From NCBI GenBank assembly GCA_964187785.1, contig OZ076409.1, forward strand, positions 6,574,001-6,638,000: a stretch of 64,000 bases of DNA, given 5' to 3'. The stretch's first letter is position 1. The number at the start of each line of letters is the position of its first letter. The stretch is from Amphiscolops sp. MND2022 (taxonomy: Eukaryota). Made by a program: the position numbers and the translations under genes. A model generated the notes under the pieces. It was not told the origin of the DNA and ran no database searches. It saw nothing but the letters and a program-made list of their open reading frames with translations. Positions 1 through 12,149 of this stretch are shown here, one piece after another.

Positions 1-192
1 AGCTAATACATAGATTTTATACGTAAATACTTAAAATTTGTCAGTTTCTGGTATTTGGTTTTGCTAAAACGTAATTGCAATTTAATTGCATTCAGATCAA
101 TCAATTTTTAAAATGCCTAAATAGATACAATTAAGTTTTAAACCAATTTAATTGCAATTAATTTGAAATCAAATAATTTTTGAAAGCCCCTG
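1..192. mobile_element. End of a hAT-like element
   Basis: Repeated aattaattgcaatt-type subterminal motifs ending in gcccctg, similar to the hAT end at 43030-43129. Confidence 0.5.
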
Positions 193-298
193 GTCGCCTC
201 TTCAAAATGGGACGAACTGTCACCCAACCCTGTATTTCCCAACTATATAATATACCCCTGTGGTGTGTGTTTGAAATGAATAATAATGATAATTTCAG

Positions 299-406
299 GC
301 CAACTGAACGAGTACACGGAGCGGAAGGATCTACAGACTGACGTCATCTGCATGTGTTTGCCCACAGTGCCAGAAGGAGAGACCAGATCCAGGTTCCTTT
401 CAGTCG
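299..406 (+). CDS. SF3B3: SF3B3 internal exon A (gene begins upstream of window)
   Basis: Reads (G)QLNEYTERKDLQTDVICMCLPTVPEGETRSRFLSV(G), matching the SF3B3 segment GQLNEYTERKEM..RSRFLAVG; tttcag acceptor, gttagt donor. Confidence 0.92.
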
Positions 407-432
407 GTTAGTTAGAAGGTGTCAGTGTCAGA

Positions 433-865
433 ACATTTCGTCCTATACACTTTCAACCTATGCAATTTTAACCGTTGCCATTTCAACCGCTCACAACTTC
501 AACCTATTGCATTTTCAACCGTCCGCAATGTCGACCTAAACTAATTTTGGCTATTTCGTCTTAATTCGTTTGAGCTATTATTTCATCATAATAGTTGGTA
601 TTGACTAAAACAGCCTTAATTATTGGTAAATATTCATGAAAAAGCCAAAACGTATCAAACATGGTGTGAAAATTAGCAAGTTTAGATTTAGAAATGTTGA
701 AAATGAAAAGTATCTCAAATGATTATATAACTAATAGGATCCATTAGCCAGAATTAGTATAGGTCGAAATTGCGGACGGTTGAAAATGCAATAGGTTGAA
801 ATTGTGAGCGGTTGAAATGGCAACGGTTGAAATTGCATAGGTTGAAAGTGTATAGGACGAAATGT
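433..865. mobile_element. MITE with ~105-bp terminal inverted repeats made of ~15-bp subrepeats
   Basis: 433-538 (acatttcgtcctatacactttcaacc...) is the near-perfect reverse complement of 760-865. Confidence 0.8.
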
Positions 866-978
866 CATGTAACCAGATAGAGCTACCATCTCTTCATATA
901 ATCTCCAATTAATCTAATAAAAACGAGTTCAAATATTCTTCAAGAGCTTGCATGGCATTTATGAGACCTTTGTCGCCA

Positions 979-1337
979 TTTTTAGTCAGCGTTTTCGAAG
1001 AAAATCCCGACTCTTACAGTGGCTAGTTTTTTTTCGTCAGTTCAACGCGTAACGTCCACTTTTTGTGCATTAATGCAATCAATGCACATTTACCAACTTT
1101 TACCATATGTACTTAGTACTTCATTTTCAACGCATTCAAGCGTCTAACATGAGATAAAAAGCGTCCCCCCTTTTACATTTTTCGGCACTATGCGACTTAC
1201 CGGAAACTTATTCGGAAATTTTTTTCTCAATTTTTAGTTTTTTGAGAGTTTTTGTTGTCTCCAGTTGTAGAAAAAGTGGTTTTCGAGTCTTTTTGAGCCT
1301 TAGATATGGCGCCGACTTGGGTCGTTCCCGGCTTGTT
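979..1337. mobile_element. Helentron/DINE-1-like (HINE) family 1, short copy
   Basis: tttttagtcagcg ... ggcgccgacttgggtcgttcccggcttgtt: subterminal inverted repeat plus terminal hairpin. Confidence 0.6.
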
Positions 1338-1900
1338 AATATTTCTGCGTAAGCTGGAATACACCCAGTTTTTTAAAGAACACTACCTGCAGATCGAGTC
1401 TCAATTGGTCCTAAATATCCGGCAATATGGGGCTCAAAAAGATATGTTGTTAAATTTTCGACAATTCGAGGCTCGAGGTGTTCTTAATTTCTTGAAATCG
1501 GAAGCTTTTCACTACCACATGAATTCGGATACGAGTGATCAGAATGTGGGCCGCTCTATTCGAGCTCTTTATGATTTTGGTTGGCCCTTTATGATTTTGG
1601 TTAGGAAAAATCACATCAGAATATCACCCTACAAGAATATAAAATTGACTACCAATATAACTCAATTGACTATATTAGTCCTTCTGAAATTGGAGGTGCT
1701 GATGTTTTTGTTGATGTAATTTAAGTTGTTTCCAACTGATTTTTAATTTGAGCCTCGGTGGTGTTTTTTAAAAACTGTTCGTAATTTTTTGACTTTCTGA
1801 GGATGGTGTTCCTATAACGGTGTTCTTATAAAACAGTTTATCATTGTAACGCGACCCGTCCTACCTTTTTTTCGTAACCAAAATATTGTTACTGTTTGTT

Positions 1901-2382
1901 TTTTAATATTTCTGCTTTAGCAGGAATGTTATTGTAACCTCAAAGTTGGTCCTTTTTTTTTTCAGTCGTCAAATTTCGTCCTACTGAATAATTCAGATAT
2001 TTTGTTCGGCAGTGAGTGTAAGCGTGGGAAAGCTGCCGACAACAATTCAATTCTAGTGCGATAGAACGAGCGAGTGGTAATTATCCATTCGTATGCTGAC
2101 GTCATTGAGATGAAGCGAATGAGTGTTAATTATTCGTTCGTTGAGAGCTTCGCCTGCATTCAAATGCGAATGCGAAACTTCGTCTACGCTTAGTTATATT
2201 TTCTTTAGTCCGAGAAGAATTAAAGGCGGTGTAAACTTGTACAGTGATTAATTGTGCTCTAAGTAATGATTAAACAGGAGTGTATTGGTATTCCAGATAT
2301 GATTCTTTTATTAATGATTTTTTGTTTTAAAAAAATAAAGATTAAAGCAGAAATAGTACTGAGCCCCGGAGGGGCCTATTTT
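1901..2382. mobile_element. HINE-like family 3 copy
   Basis: Subterminal IR atttctgcttta/taaagcagaaat, hairpin gcccc-gga-ggggc, T-run flanks; essentially identical to 4531-5013. Confidence 0.7.
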
Positions 2383-3166
2383 TTAACTGGAGGCGAGCCG
2401 AATTTTGCGTTTTCGGGCATCTATCTGATCATTAAGCGGAATCGTTTAATTCCTGCAATAACATCAGCAAATTCCAGAATACCTTCTAAATCAGTATTTT
2501 TATCAAACACTATTCCAAATTTGTCGTTGTATATTCCATCTATAATTGCGTCGTCTACATTACGAATAATTTGCGATGTTTCTACGAGAGGTATGCGTTT
2601 TTGAATTTTCTCAATCTGTAGAGGCAAAAACGAACTACTTGTATTAAAGGCAAGCTGAGCTTGCATTTGTATTTCTTTGGTTTCCAATACCGCAGATGAA
2701 TTACTGCAAGATTGTCTTCTTCAATTAAATTTTGTATGAAATCTTTGATTTTGGAATATTGTTCTGCATAAAATAAAACTGCTTTTAACCAAGTTCCCCA
2801 TCTTTTTATCTCAGGATCTGGTGTTAAAGGTGTTAGAGACCTTTAAACTGATTACTAAATTGATCAAATAGTAGAAAAACTACCCGACTCCTTAGTTCTC
2901 CGTATGATATTGCTTATTTGGTTTTCTCTTCAAAAGCACGGCTTCGCCTCTGTGTTTCATGTCTTAACAGGTGTGAAACATCTTCGCCATGACCCAAACA
3001 CTGGCTTATCTTAAAAAAGGAATGTAAATTGAATAATGTTTGTTGAGGAAGGTGCTGTTTGATATTCTGATACCAAGATCCTCTTGAGCGGGTATTAGCC
3101 CTTGAGGGTCTTTTCTGGCTCTTTGCATATGGATTTCATTCCGTGACAAAAAGCCAGATAAATATT

Positions 3167-3410
3167 AACAAGACGCCCGTTAAGCACCGGGATATTTTCC
3201 GCCAAAAATATAACGCATCAGCACGGGTTCGAACCCATGACCTCGTGTCTGCCAGGGACAGACGCACTACCAACTGTGCCACGGTGACTAAAATATCCAA
3301 ATTACTATTTACTAAATGGAGTTATAAAGTAGAGATTTGGCAGAATTTGTAAAAAAAACCACAACACAGATTATGATTTTCCTCCTCCATTATATGTGGG
3401 CGGAAAATAA
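3167..3410. mobile_element. HINE-like family 2 copy carrying a tRNA-derived segment
   Basis: aacaagacgcccg..cggg hairpin, IR ttttccgcc/ggcggaaaa; minus-strand A box tggcacagttgg and B box ggttcgaaccc at ~3215-3290. Confidence 0.6.
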
Positions 3411-3493
3411 TAATAATAATAATGGTGGTTTCAAAAAGATGGGCTGTTTTTTTCACTGAGAAATAATGTTTATCAGCTGTGTTTTTTGGGCAG

Positions 3494-3693
3494 GTCTGGC
3501 GGACCAGACGATCCGGATAATTTCTCTGGACCCCTCGGACTGTCTGCAGCCGCTGTCGATGCAGGCGCTGCCAGCCGCCCCGGAGTCGCTGAGCATCGTG
3601 GAGATGCCGGGCAGCGACAAGTCCGACCGCGGGGGCCTCTTCCTCAACGTCGGCCTGCAGAATGGGGTCCTGCTCAGAACTGTTCTGGACCAG
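3494..3693 (+). CDS. SF3B3: SF3B3 exon B
   Basis: GLADQTIRIISLDPSDCLQPLSMQALPAAPESL...GLQNGVLLRTVLDQ; cag acceptor, gtcagt donor; phases consistent with neighbouring exons. Confidence 0.95.
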
Positions 3694-3713
3694 GTCAGTA
3701 TAACACCTATGCC

Positions 3714-5173
3714 CAGGGATGAGAATTTATTGCGTTGAAATATTGAAAAGTTGCGCAATAAATTTACCTCAAAAATGCCCAAAAATTGCGAAAAAACGTG
3801 AGTGCTTTAACCCCAATGAACCTAGTGATGCTTTAAAGCAGCCTACCTTTTTTCCAAATTCTAATTCCTTTTGCCAGTAGCCCATTTTCTCTAACACAGT
3901 TTTTTTTCAACAAGTAATTGGTACCTAGATTGATTTGAATGGAACAAGCATTAGAAAAAGGAAATATATCTCCAAAGCTGAGAAAAATGGGTTTTTGGCG
4001 CAAAAAAAGTTATATTTTCTCAAAATTCAGATTTTGACGAAATCCGGTTTTCTCAAAAGTCTTTGATCAATAGAAAAAACCAACCACATACCCTTCCACA
4101 ACAAGTCCTGGTGCAACAAACCCCTATAATATTCTGTTGTTACTGCAAGCCCCCGTGCAGCGGGCCGCACGAAGTGTGGAACTGCCGAGAAGCGGCGGTA
4201 CCGGAAAAAGAAGCTAAAATTCTGGAGAGAGGGGCGCGCGGCGACAGGAGCTCACCTGAGCAAAATGAAAGCCCAATACCAGACCTTTCAAACGCGCTAT
4301 AGTTTGTTTCTCTGGTGCGCGTAGTTGTGGAGATATTAATTTTTTAAAATTTTTATTCAAATTTTTTGAAAATTTTAAAAAACGCCCAGGTCGATTGGGG
4401 TAAACAAAATTTATTCAATATCTTCATCGAAGATATCAGTGTTCCAATTTATAATAGGATGCATCTTTAGGGGGTTAAACGTAAGTTTTTGTCTTTAAGG
4501 CGTCAAAATTGTTGACAATATTTTGAACGTTTTTTAATATTTCTGCTTTAGCAGGAATGTTATTGTAACCTCAAAGTTGGTCCTTTTTTTTTTCAGTCGT
4601 CAAATTTCGTCCTACTGAATAATTCAGATATTTTGTTCGGCAGTGAGTGTAAGCGTGGGAAAGCTGCCGACAACAATTCAATTCTAGTGCGATAGAACGA
4701 GCGAGTGGTAATTATCCATTCGTATGCTGACGTCATTGAGATGAAGCGAATGAGTGTTAATTATTCGTTCGTTGAGAGCTTCGCCTGCATTCAAATGCGA
4801 ATGCGAAACTTCGTCTACGCTTAGTTATATTTTCTTTAGTCCGAGAAGAATTAAAGGCGGTGTAAACTTGTACAGTGATTAATTGTGCTCTAAGTAATGA
4901 TTAAACAGGAGTGTATTGGTATTCCAGATATGATTCTTTTATTAATGATTTTTTGTTTTAAAAAAATAAAGATTAAAGCAGAAATAGTACTGAGCCCCGG
5001 AGGGGCCTATTTTCAGAAATGCATATTTTTCTATAGGATTATTTATTAGCAATAAGAGACATCTTGGTACATTTCTCAGAAATGTCTAAAAATTGCGCTA
5101 TTGTGTCAAAATGAAAAGTCTAAAATTGCGTAAAAAATTGCCTTATTGCGTTTACAATAAATTCTCATCCCTG
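3714..5173. mobile_element. Non-autonomous hAT element
   Basis: Perfect 19-bp TIR cagggatgagaatttattg; flanking 8-mers cctatgcc/cctataac (6/8); contains a nested HINE family 3 copy. Confidence 0.8.
4531..5013. mobile_element. HINE-like family 3 copy (nested)
   Basis: Near-identical to 1901-2382. Confidence 0.7.
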
Positions 5174-5512
5174 CCTATAACTATAGTCAACAAGCCGTGA
5201 AGAATGAGGTTTTTGAACATTCTCGTATTGCCGAAAAATGTAAAAATTGCTGAAAATGTAAAAAAAGGCGCTGAGACTTTCGAAATTTTTTCAATGTCTC
5301 CGAAGGGTTCCCCTTCAATTTTTTGATATTTTGCAACAAATTGGATGTTAAAAACGCCCAAAGAGTCCCCTTTTTACATTTTCTGCACAATGAGGCAGTT
5401 TCAAAATTCTCATTTTTCGTCTGAAATCAAGTCTCAATTTCAAAATCAACCAATAATAAATATTTTTTCAACACTATGGGAACTTTTGCGTTATATCCTA
5501 ACTATATTGCGT

Positions 5513-6069
5513 TTTTAATATTTCTGCTTTAGCAGGAATATTATTGTAACCTCAAACTTTCTACTTTTTTTCAGTACAATTTTTGTCGTGATACTGAATA
5601 ATTCAGATATTTTGTTCGGCAGTGACTGTAAGCGTGGGAAATAAATTTCTCAAGCTGCCGACAACAATTCAATTCTAGTGCGATGGAACGAGCGAGTGGT
5701 AATTATCCATTCGTATGCTGACGTCATTGAGATGAAGCGAGCGAATATTCGTAATTGTGCTTTCGTTGCCCCGAGTTATTGAGATGAAGTGAATGAGTGT
5801 TAATTATTCGTTCGTTGAGAGCTTCGCCTGCATTCAAATGCGAATGCGAAACTTCGTCTACGCTTAGTAGTTATATTTTCTTTAGTCCGAGAAGAATTAA
5901 AGGCGGTGTAAACCTGTACAGTGATTACATGTAATTGTGCGCTAAATAATGATTAAACAAGGGTGTATTGGTATTCCAGATATGATTCTTTTATTAATGA
6001 ATTTTTTTGTTTCAAAAAAAAATAAAGATTAAAGCAGAAATAGTACTGAGCCCCGGAGGGGCCTATTTT
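5513..6069. mobile_element. HINE-like family 3 copy
   Basis: Same termini as 1901-2382 with a longer internal segment. Confidence 0.7.
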
Positions 6070-6409
6070 ACGAAAGCGGAAAACATGAGGCGGAGGTTCG
6101 AAAACAAGCGAACCCTTTCGTCCCAGCACGAAACCTTTGAATGTTTCGACACTTTTTGTGAGTTTTTCATGAAAAGAACTCCTGGGCGTATTTTAAAATC
6201 TTTGCGTTTTTTGAGCCTTAAGTGGAGCGCCGACTTGAGACGTTCCCGTATTGTTCAAATTTTCCAACTTTTGTAATAGTCGGGCTTTTTATCTTGAGGA
6301 ATATGCGCCGAATAAAACTCTAAATTTTGAACTATTTTCACACAAACGGCAAAAAAGACGGCACTTCGCAAGAGTAGTAGATCATTATCATTCTTGCTTT
6401 ATAACAGTA

Positions 6410-6604
6410 CAGTGGATCCCGGATATAATCAACGTCAGGGGAACGACTATTGGTGTTTCTGATAATCGAACTTGATTCTGTGTTTTTGATAACCATTCCT
6501 ATCCTGGTTTCAAAAGGAATGAAATTGCCAATCGGGGCCAAGATACGCATTGACTATTAGCGGGTATTTCTTATAAGCGAGTTTCTTATATCCGGGATCC
6601 ACCG
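6410..6604. mobile_element. Tc1/mariner-pogo-like MITE
   Basis: TA-flanked, TIR cagtggatcccggatataa (1 mismatch); related element at 45353-45523. Confidence 0.75.
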
Positions 6605-6858
6605 TATTAGACTGTTCCTAGTGTTCACAGTTTACAAATAAAGAACTCTGCGAATTATTCTACGTCATATAACGAAACTAGTACTAACATATCATTGATG
6701 CATTTAAGGAGTCATTGTTGGTTCTCTGGGGCGAAGACATTAGAAGAACTGATGGGCTCATTCTTTGTCCCTTTTGTTTGTACTGTGTATTACTTCTGTA
6801 ATGACATACAAATGAATAAATGAGTTCTTCATTCGAGTTTGTTGTTGTGGTGTTGCAG

Positions 6859-6998
6859 GTGACGGGGGACCTGAGTGACACGCGGAGCAGGTACCTGGGC
6901 AGTCAGCCGGTGAAGCTGTTCAAGGTCTCCATCCAGAGCAAGGAAGCCGTCCTCGCCATGTCCAGCCGCACTTGGCTCAGCTACGTCTTCCAGTCCAG
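6859..6998 (+). CDS. SF3B3: SF3B3 exon C
   Basis: [21 protein letters not shown]...[14 protein letters not shown](R); the donor must be GC (ag|gctata) to join exon D in frame. Confidence 0.92.
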
Positions 6999-7062
6999 GC
7001 TATAACTTACACACACCACTTTCCTCTTTTGGTCCGCCCCCCCCCCCCATTGAGAATGATGG

Positions 7063-7447
7063 GGCTCTTTTCTACCCCCTCCCCCCCACTACCACCAAAA
7101 TTTTTGAAAGCGAATTTCCTTAGAAATTTCAGACTAGCCTTATTAAAAGTAAACTGTTTCTTTCATAACAGGAAGTTCACGTCTATTGGAATAGTTTTTT
7201 GTTTGAACAAAACATTTTCACTCAATTTAACTAATTCAACAAACAATTTTGATCGTATTCACTGTTTTTTGTGACCCAAAACAGGAAGCCATTAATTTTC
7301 TAATCAAAAATGAGTGACTTCATAAGGAAACATAGCGTGAACGAATTTTATTTCTCGATTCCAAATTGTCATACTGGGAATGAGATAAAAATAAAGGTTT
7401 CTTGTTTGTATTCAAGTCTTTTTTAAAATTAAATTTTCACTAATTTC
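7063..7447. mobile_element. Truncated copy of the MITE that forms BIN3 intron 4
   Basis: Starts ggctcttttct..ccaccaccaaa-like and is collinear with 44690-45075; right TIR missing. Confidence 0.7.
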
Positions 7448-7680
7448 CCGTGTTCCAGTCCAGGCTAGTTCCAGACTCCTCTTTTGGCCCCCTCTTTTGA
7501 AAATGATGGGAATGTTGGGACTTATGTTGTGTGGTTTCATTATTGACATCCACTTGGCTTTGTGGAAAGAAAACAGGTTTTCCTTTTTTCCTTTTTAGGA
7601 CTTGTCATATCTAATAACAAAGAAGAGGATAAGAATAAAGATGAAAATATCTTTCTGTTGATAAACAGTGTATTTTGCAG

Positions 7681-7914
7681 GTATCACCTGACTCCGTTGT
7701 CTTACGAGACCCTGGACCATGCTTCTGGCTTCGCCTCGGAGCAGTGTCCAGAGGGCATAGTGGCCATCGCGTCCAACACTCTGCGGATCCTGGCTCTGGA
7801 GAAACTGGGCGCCGTGTTCAACCAGCAGGCCTCTCCTCTCAAGTACACCCCCCGCAAGTTCATCGTGCACCCTCAGTCGTCCAACATCTTCATGATCGAA
7901 GCAGACCACAACAG
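7681..7914 (+). CDS. SF3B3: SF3B3 exon D
   Basis: YHLTPLSYETLDHASGFASEQCPEGIVAI...EADHN(S); inferred donor is non-canonical GG (cag|ggatta). Confidence 0.9.
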
Positions 7915-10483
7915 GGATTATTAATACTTAGCTGGGGGTATAACAATATAACAAACAAGCCGGGAACGTCTAAAGTCGGCGCTATATCTAAGGCTCAAAA
8001 TTGTAAAAGGACTTCAAAGTGTCAAGTATTCTCTTTTACAGGACTCGAAAAACCCAAACGTTGGACCGAATTGGCGCACCGCCAAAGGGGACTCTTTGAG
8101 ATTTTTCGTCCATTCTGTCGCAAATCATCAAAAAAATGAATGGGGGCCCTTTTGGTGAGAAAAAATTGAAAAAAGTCTCACAAGGCCGGAAAAACTGAAA
8201 AGGGGGACCATTTGGGCTTTGTGAAACTCCAGTTGGTTGCAAAATAGGAAAAAAAATAAGAGGGACCATTGGGAGATTTTAAAAAAATCCGAAAAAAAAA
8301 TTTGATAGATTTTTGAACAATGTCATAGTGCCGAAAAATGTAAAAGGGGGACCCTTTGAGATTTTTTGACATCCATTGTGTTGCAAAATATTAAAAAAGT
8401 TGAAGGGGAGACCCTTTGGTGGAATCCAAAAAGGTTCAAAAAAGTCGCATAGTGCCGAAAAAAATCCGAGTGAAAAAACGAGGGGGGATCCTATGTTATC
8501 GATGTTCTGGACATCGATGTTTTTGTCGTGGACGAGGTTCTGGCGTTTCGAGTATGCTTTGGACGTCCGTAGTTCAAGTTGATGATGTTGAACAAAAAAG
8601 TGGACAGATCGCGTTGAACTGACGAAAAAAACTAGCCACTTTAAGAGTCAGGATTTTCTTCGAAAACGCCGACTAAAAAGGACCATGTGTACAATTCCCC
8701 CCTCGCCAAGCGACCGCAGGGGGGAAAATAAGACGCAAGGTTCAAATGCGATGTCGACATCGTTTGCGTTGTTCAAATTTTGGTCCAATAAAAAATTGAT
8801 GTCGACATAATCCTATCCATTACATTGACTGTCATTTAAAAGTTGCTCATTAGATTTTATCATAGAGAAATTTTACGTTGAAATAGGGGCCAATTTATGC
8901 AATTTTAGCTTGTTCCAAGCGTGAATTTCTGCTCTTTTGGACAATAATATCAAAAAATTAGGGTAATTTTTTTTGCCTGAAGTGTCAAAAGAGTTGTAGA
9001 GACAATCCTCTAACTTAGAGAATACTTGAAGTATTTACATTCATATAATGTTCTCTTATTAGTGAAATCTTTTTATTCGAGAACAAAATGTGCTTTTGTG
9101 TTGGGGGAAAATTCGCAAAAAGGTGTACCTGGTGAGAAATTGAACACATGGTCCCAAAAAAATACGACTCAGTAGTTTTTGTTTTGTTTTTTGGTTCGTT
9201 TTTTCCCCATTAAAATTTCGGATTTTCCTACTGTTAGAATTTCGTTTTTCAAGAATTTTTAAATTTCTAAAACCAAAGTTTTTCTGAAAAATGATTATGC
9301 TCACTTCCGCACTTTGTTTTTCTTGTCCAAGAGTGGCGATTGAAGCAAAAGTGTCGAATTTTGACTAGTTCAAAAACCATTTTCTCACCACTTTTTTTCA
9401 CTCAATTCCTTTGGTATTGGTCCCAAACAAAGGATAATGTTGCCTTAAGATTATCTTGAACAAAATCACTTTTGATTAAATTAAGTGGAGTAGATTTTTG
9501 TCATTTCGCTTTGTTATCAAGTAAATTGAAAAATTCGTTGACTTTTTATTTCAGCCTGCCTCATATTCAGTTCAAGGTTAATTCTATTTTAGAGATTCTC
9601 AGAGTTTAAAATCCTACAGTTTAATGCCTCCATTCCACCAACAAATTCTGGACTCATTCAAAATTCAAAATTGGGTTTTCAAGAAGTTTGACTAAAATTC
9701 AGTTACTCCTCGATAATTCTTGATGCCCAATAATGCTTCGAAGGTAATTCCATGTTAGTTCTATACCGTTTACCGGAAAAACTGAGCCTTCTGAAAAGAC
9801 AAGAAATGGGAAAAACGATATCAGCTCAAATGTCACCTCAAAATAATCAATCATTTACTGAGTTTCGGAAAAGGTTTCCAATCTGTGGCTGATAGTTTTT
9901 TAAACTCAGGTCTTCCTTTTCAATAAATAAAGCACTTTTACACTTTTAGCCCCTATTGTATCAACCAAGTTACGTTGTAACATTCGAAGGAATATGCGAT
10001 TTTGAATAATTTTCAAATTTGTGATGGAAGTTCTCAGATAAATAAATACTCAAGTAGGCGTATTGTAAACTTACGAAGCATAGACATGGTCATCATGTTT
10101 GATGGCATCCTTTCATTATTTTTAGTCGGCTTTTCCGATAGAAAAAGTGACTATAGCAATGACTTTTTAACGACCTGCGAACTGACAGATTTCGTATAAC
10201 ATTCGTATAAGTTATAGCTTAGTAACTTCTCATTGCCCCTTGGCCTATAGGTTAACTCGGGTTTCCGAAATCCGAGGTCTGAGAAGCAGCAGTACGTGGG
10301 TTCGAATCTCCCACTGTTTCCAATTGTGGAAAAGCTATTTTCGAGTTTTATGCGTATCCCTTCGTGTATTTTTGTCTCTGCAAATTTGATGAAAAATTTT
10401 CACAACAGTTACCTTTGCTTATTCAAAGAACTTGTTTTTTGGGCCGTTCCCGGTTTGTTTACCATTCGTTTTAATAATCCCCG
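7912..10483. mobile_element. hAT-like TIR-bounded unit coinciding with SF3B3 intron D-E (Introner-like)
   Basis: cagggattattaa ... ttaataatccccg (12/13 inverted match), followed by 8 nt and the cag acceptor. Confidence 0.65.
7954..8679. mobile_element. HINE family 1 copy
   Basis: aacaagccgggaacg..agtcggcgc ... acgccgactaaaaa. Confidence 0.7.
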
Positions 10484-10494
10484 AATGCCGACAG

Positions 10495-10811
10495 TTTCAC
10501 GACCCAATCCAAAAAGCAGAGGAAGCAGCAAATGGCCGAGGAAATGATCCAGTCAGCCGGAGAAAGCGAACGGGAACTGGCGTCGGAAGTTGCCGAGTCC
10601 TTCTTGCAGGAGAATTTGCCGGAAGACGTTTTCGGCTCTCCCAAGGCCGGACCCGGAATGTGGGCCAGTATTCTGAGGATTCTGAACCCCTTGAATGGAT
10701 CCACAGTGAAACACGTGGAGCTAGAACAGAATGAAGCTGCGTTTTCTATCGCGTTTGTCAAGTTCGCAAACCGACCCGGAGAACAATTTCTGCTTCTCGG
10801 CACAGCTAAAG
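10495..10811 (+). CDS. SF3B3: SF3B3 exon E
   Basis: FTTQSKKQRKQQMAEEMIQSAGE...PKAGPGMWAS...LEQNEAAFS...GTAK(G); gacag acceptor, GC donor (aag|gcagag). Confidence 0.92.
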
Positions 10812-11280
10812 GCAGAGTTGTTACGATTAAACATGAGGGTAGAATTAAAGCCGGTGGAAAATGCCGGTCGTACTCATAGCTGAGGCTTCATTGAAAAAAC
10901 TTCTATATGCGCTTTCAATCGAGGTCTACTGTGTTACTAGAGTGAATCAGTAACTTAGCAAACAGTTGCTCAGTTATTGAAAAAAAGCTTTTTTGAATTT
11001 TACTGTTTTTGCAAGTCTTCACTTTTTGCAGTTACTTTTTTGCCCGGAGCTGGAAAAAAACTATATGCACACAAATAACAACTTACCTCAGTTCGTTCAA
11101 TGTATTTTCCATGAAAAGAAAAAAATCATTGTTTTCCTGTGTGCTTGTGTTTCGTAATTTTTATTGACTCATTATTTTTGTTTCAAATGCATGTTATTTA
11201 TTTACTCTCCTAGAGGATTGGTGGGTCTCTTCTGATCACATGTAAAAAAACTTCAGATTTGTTTAATAGAAGGAAACGTT

Positions 11281-11870
11281 TTTCATTATTTCTGCTTTAG
11301 CAGGAATATTATTGAATTGAAATCTCAAAATTTCTACTTTTGTCAGTACAATTCTCCGTATGATACTGAATAATTCAGATATTTTGTTCGGCAGTGACTA
11401 TAAGCGTAAGATTAAAGTTCTCAAGCTGCCGACGACAATTCAATTCTCGTGCGATGGAACGAGCGAGTTGTAATTATGCATTCGTAAGCTGACGTCATTG
11501 AGATGAAGCGAGCGAATGTTTGTTATTGTGCTTTCGTTGCGCCGAGTTATTGAGATGAAGCGAATGAGTGTTAGTTGTACTTTCGCGGAGAGCTTCGCCT
11601 GCATTCAAATATATATTTGCTTTACTCCGAGATTTACTACTATTACTACTGAAAGACTGGATTGATTCTAGTCAGAAATTGATTCTAGAAAGAAATACTT
11701 GATGATATTTACATGTACAGATTTTTTAAACAACAGAGTTAAAGGCGGTATAAACTGGTACAGTGATTAATTGTGCGCTAAATAATGATTAAACAGGAAT
11801 GTATTGGTATTCAAGATATGATTCTATTATTAATGAAAGATTAAAGCAGAAATAGTAATGGGCCTATTTT
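11281..11870. mobile_element. HINE-like family 3 copy (diverged)
   Basis: atttctgctttagcaggaat ... ttaaagcagaaatag..ggcctatttt. Confidence 0.65.
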
Positions 11871-12149
11871 TTTAAAAAAAAACTTTTTAAAAATTGGCAC
11901 AGAACGGAAAGAAGACTGTTTTTTCAACTTTTTTTGAAAACATGAAACAAAATGGAGTGCTACTAAAACAGCCGAGAGGAAAGGTTTCCAGCAGAGCATA
12001 AATCTTAGAACTGACTTTGTTTGCTCGGTTGGTGCTTCTGTCAAAAAACAGGATTGTGGAAATGATTTTTTTGAAAATTTGACAATGTGGATAAGTTTTT
12101 TGAATATGGTTTTCATTTTGACAGAAAACGAGTACAATGATAAACTACT

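Noticed and set aside
406..874. SF3B3 intron A-B as another Introner (ggtta...taacc)
   Set aside because: The MITE ends 2.6 kb before the acceptor, no TSD is visible, and the extra 5-bp match may be chance
1306..1719. 137-aa ORF and similar Phe/Lys-rich ORFs (e.g. 8036-8622, 31202-31504, 43238-44295)
   Set aside because: They overlap non-coding repeats in introns, have low-complexity composition and show no recognisable motifs
3209..3290. Functional tRNA gene
   Set aside because: A and B boxes are present but I cannot fold a convincing acceptor stem, and it lies inside a dispersed repeat; the same applies to 43845-43910
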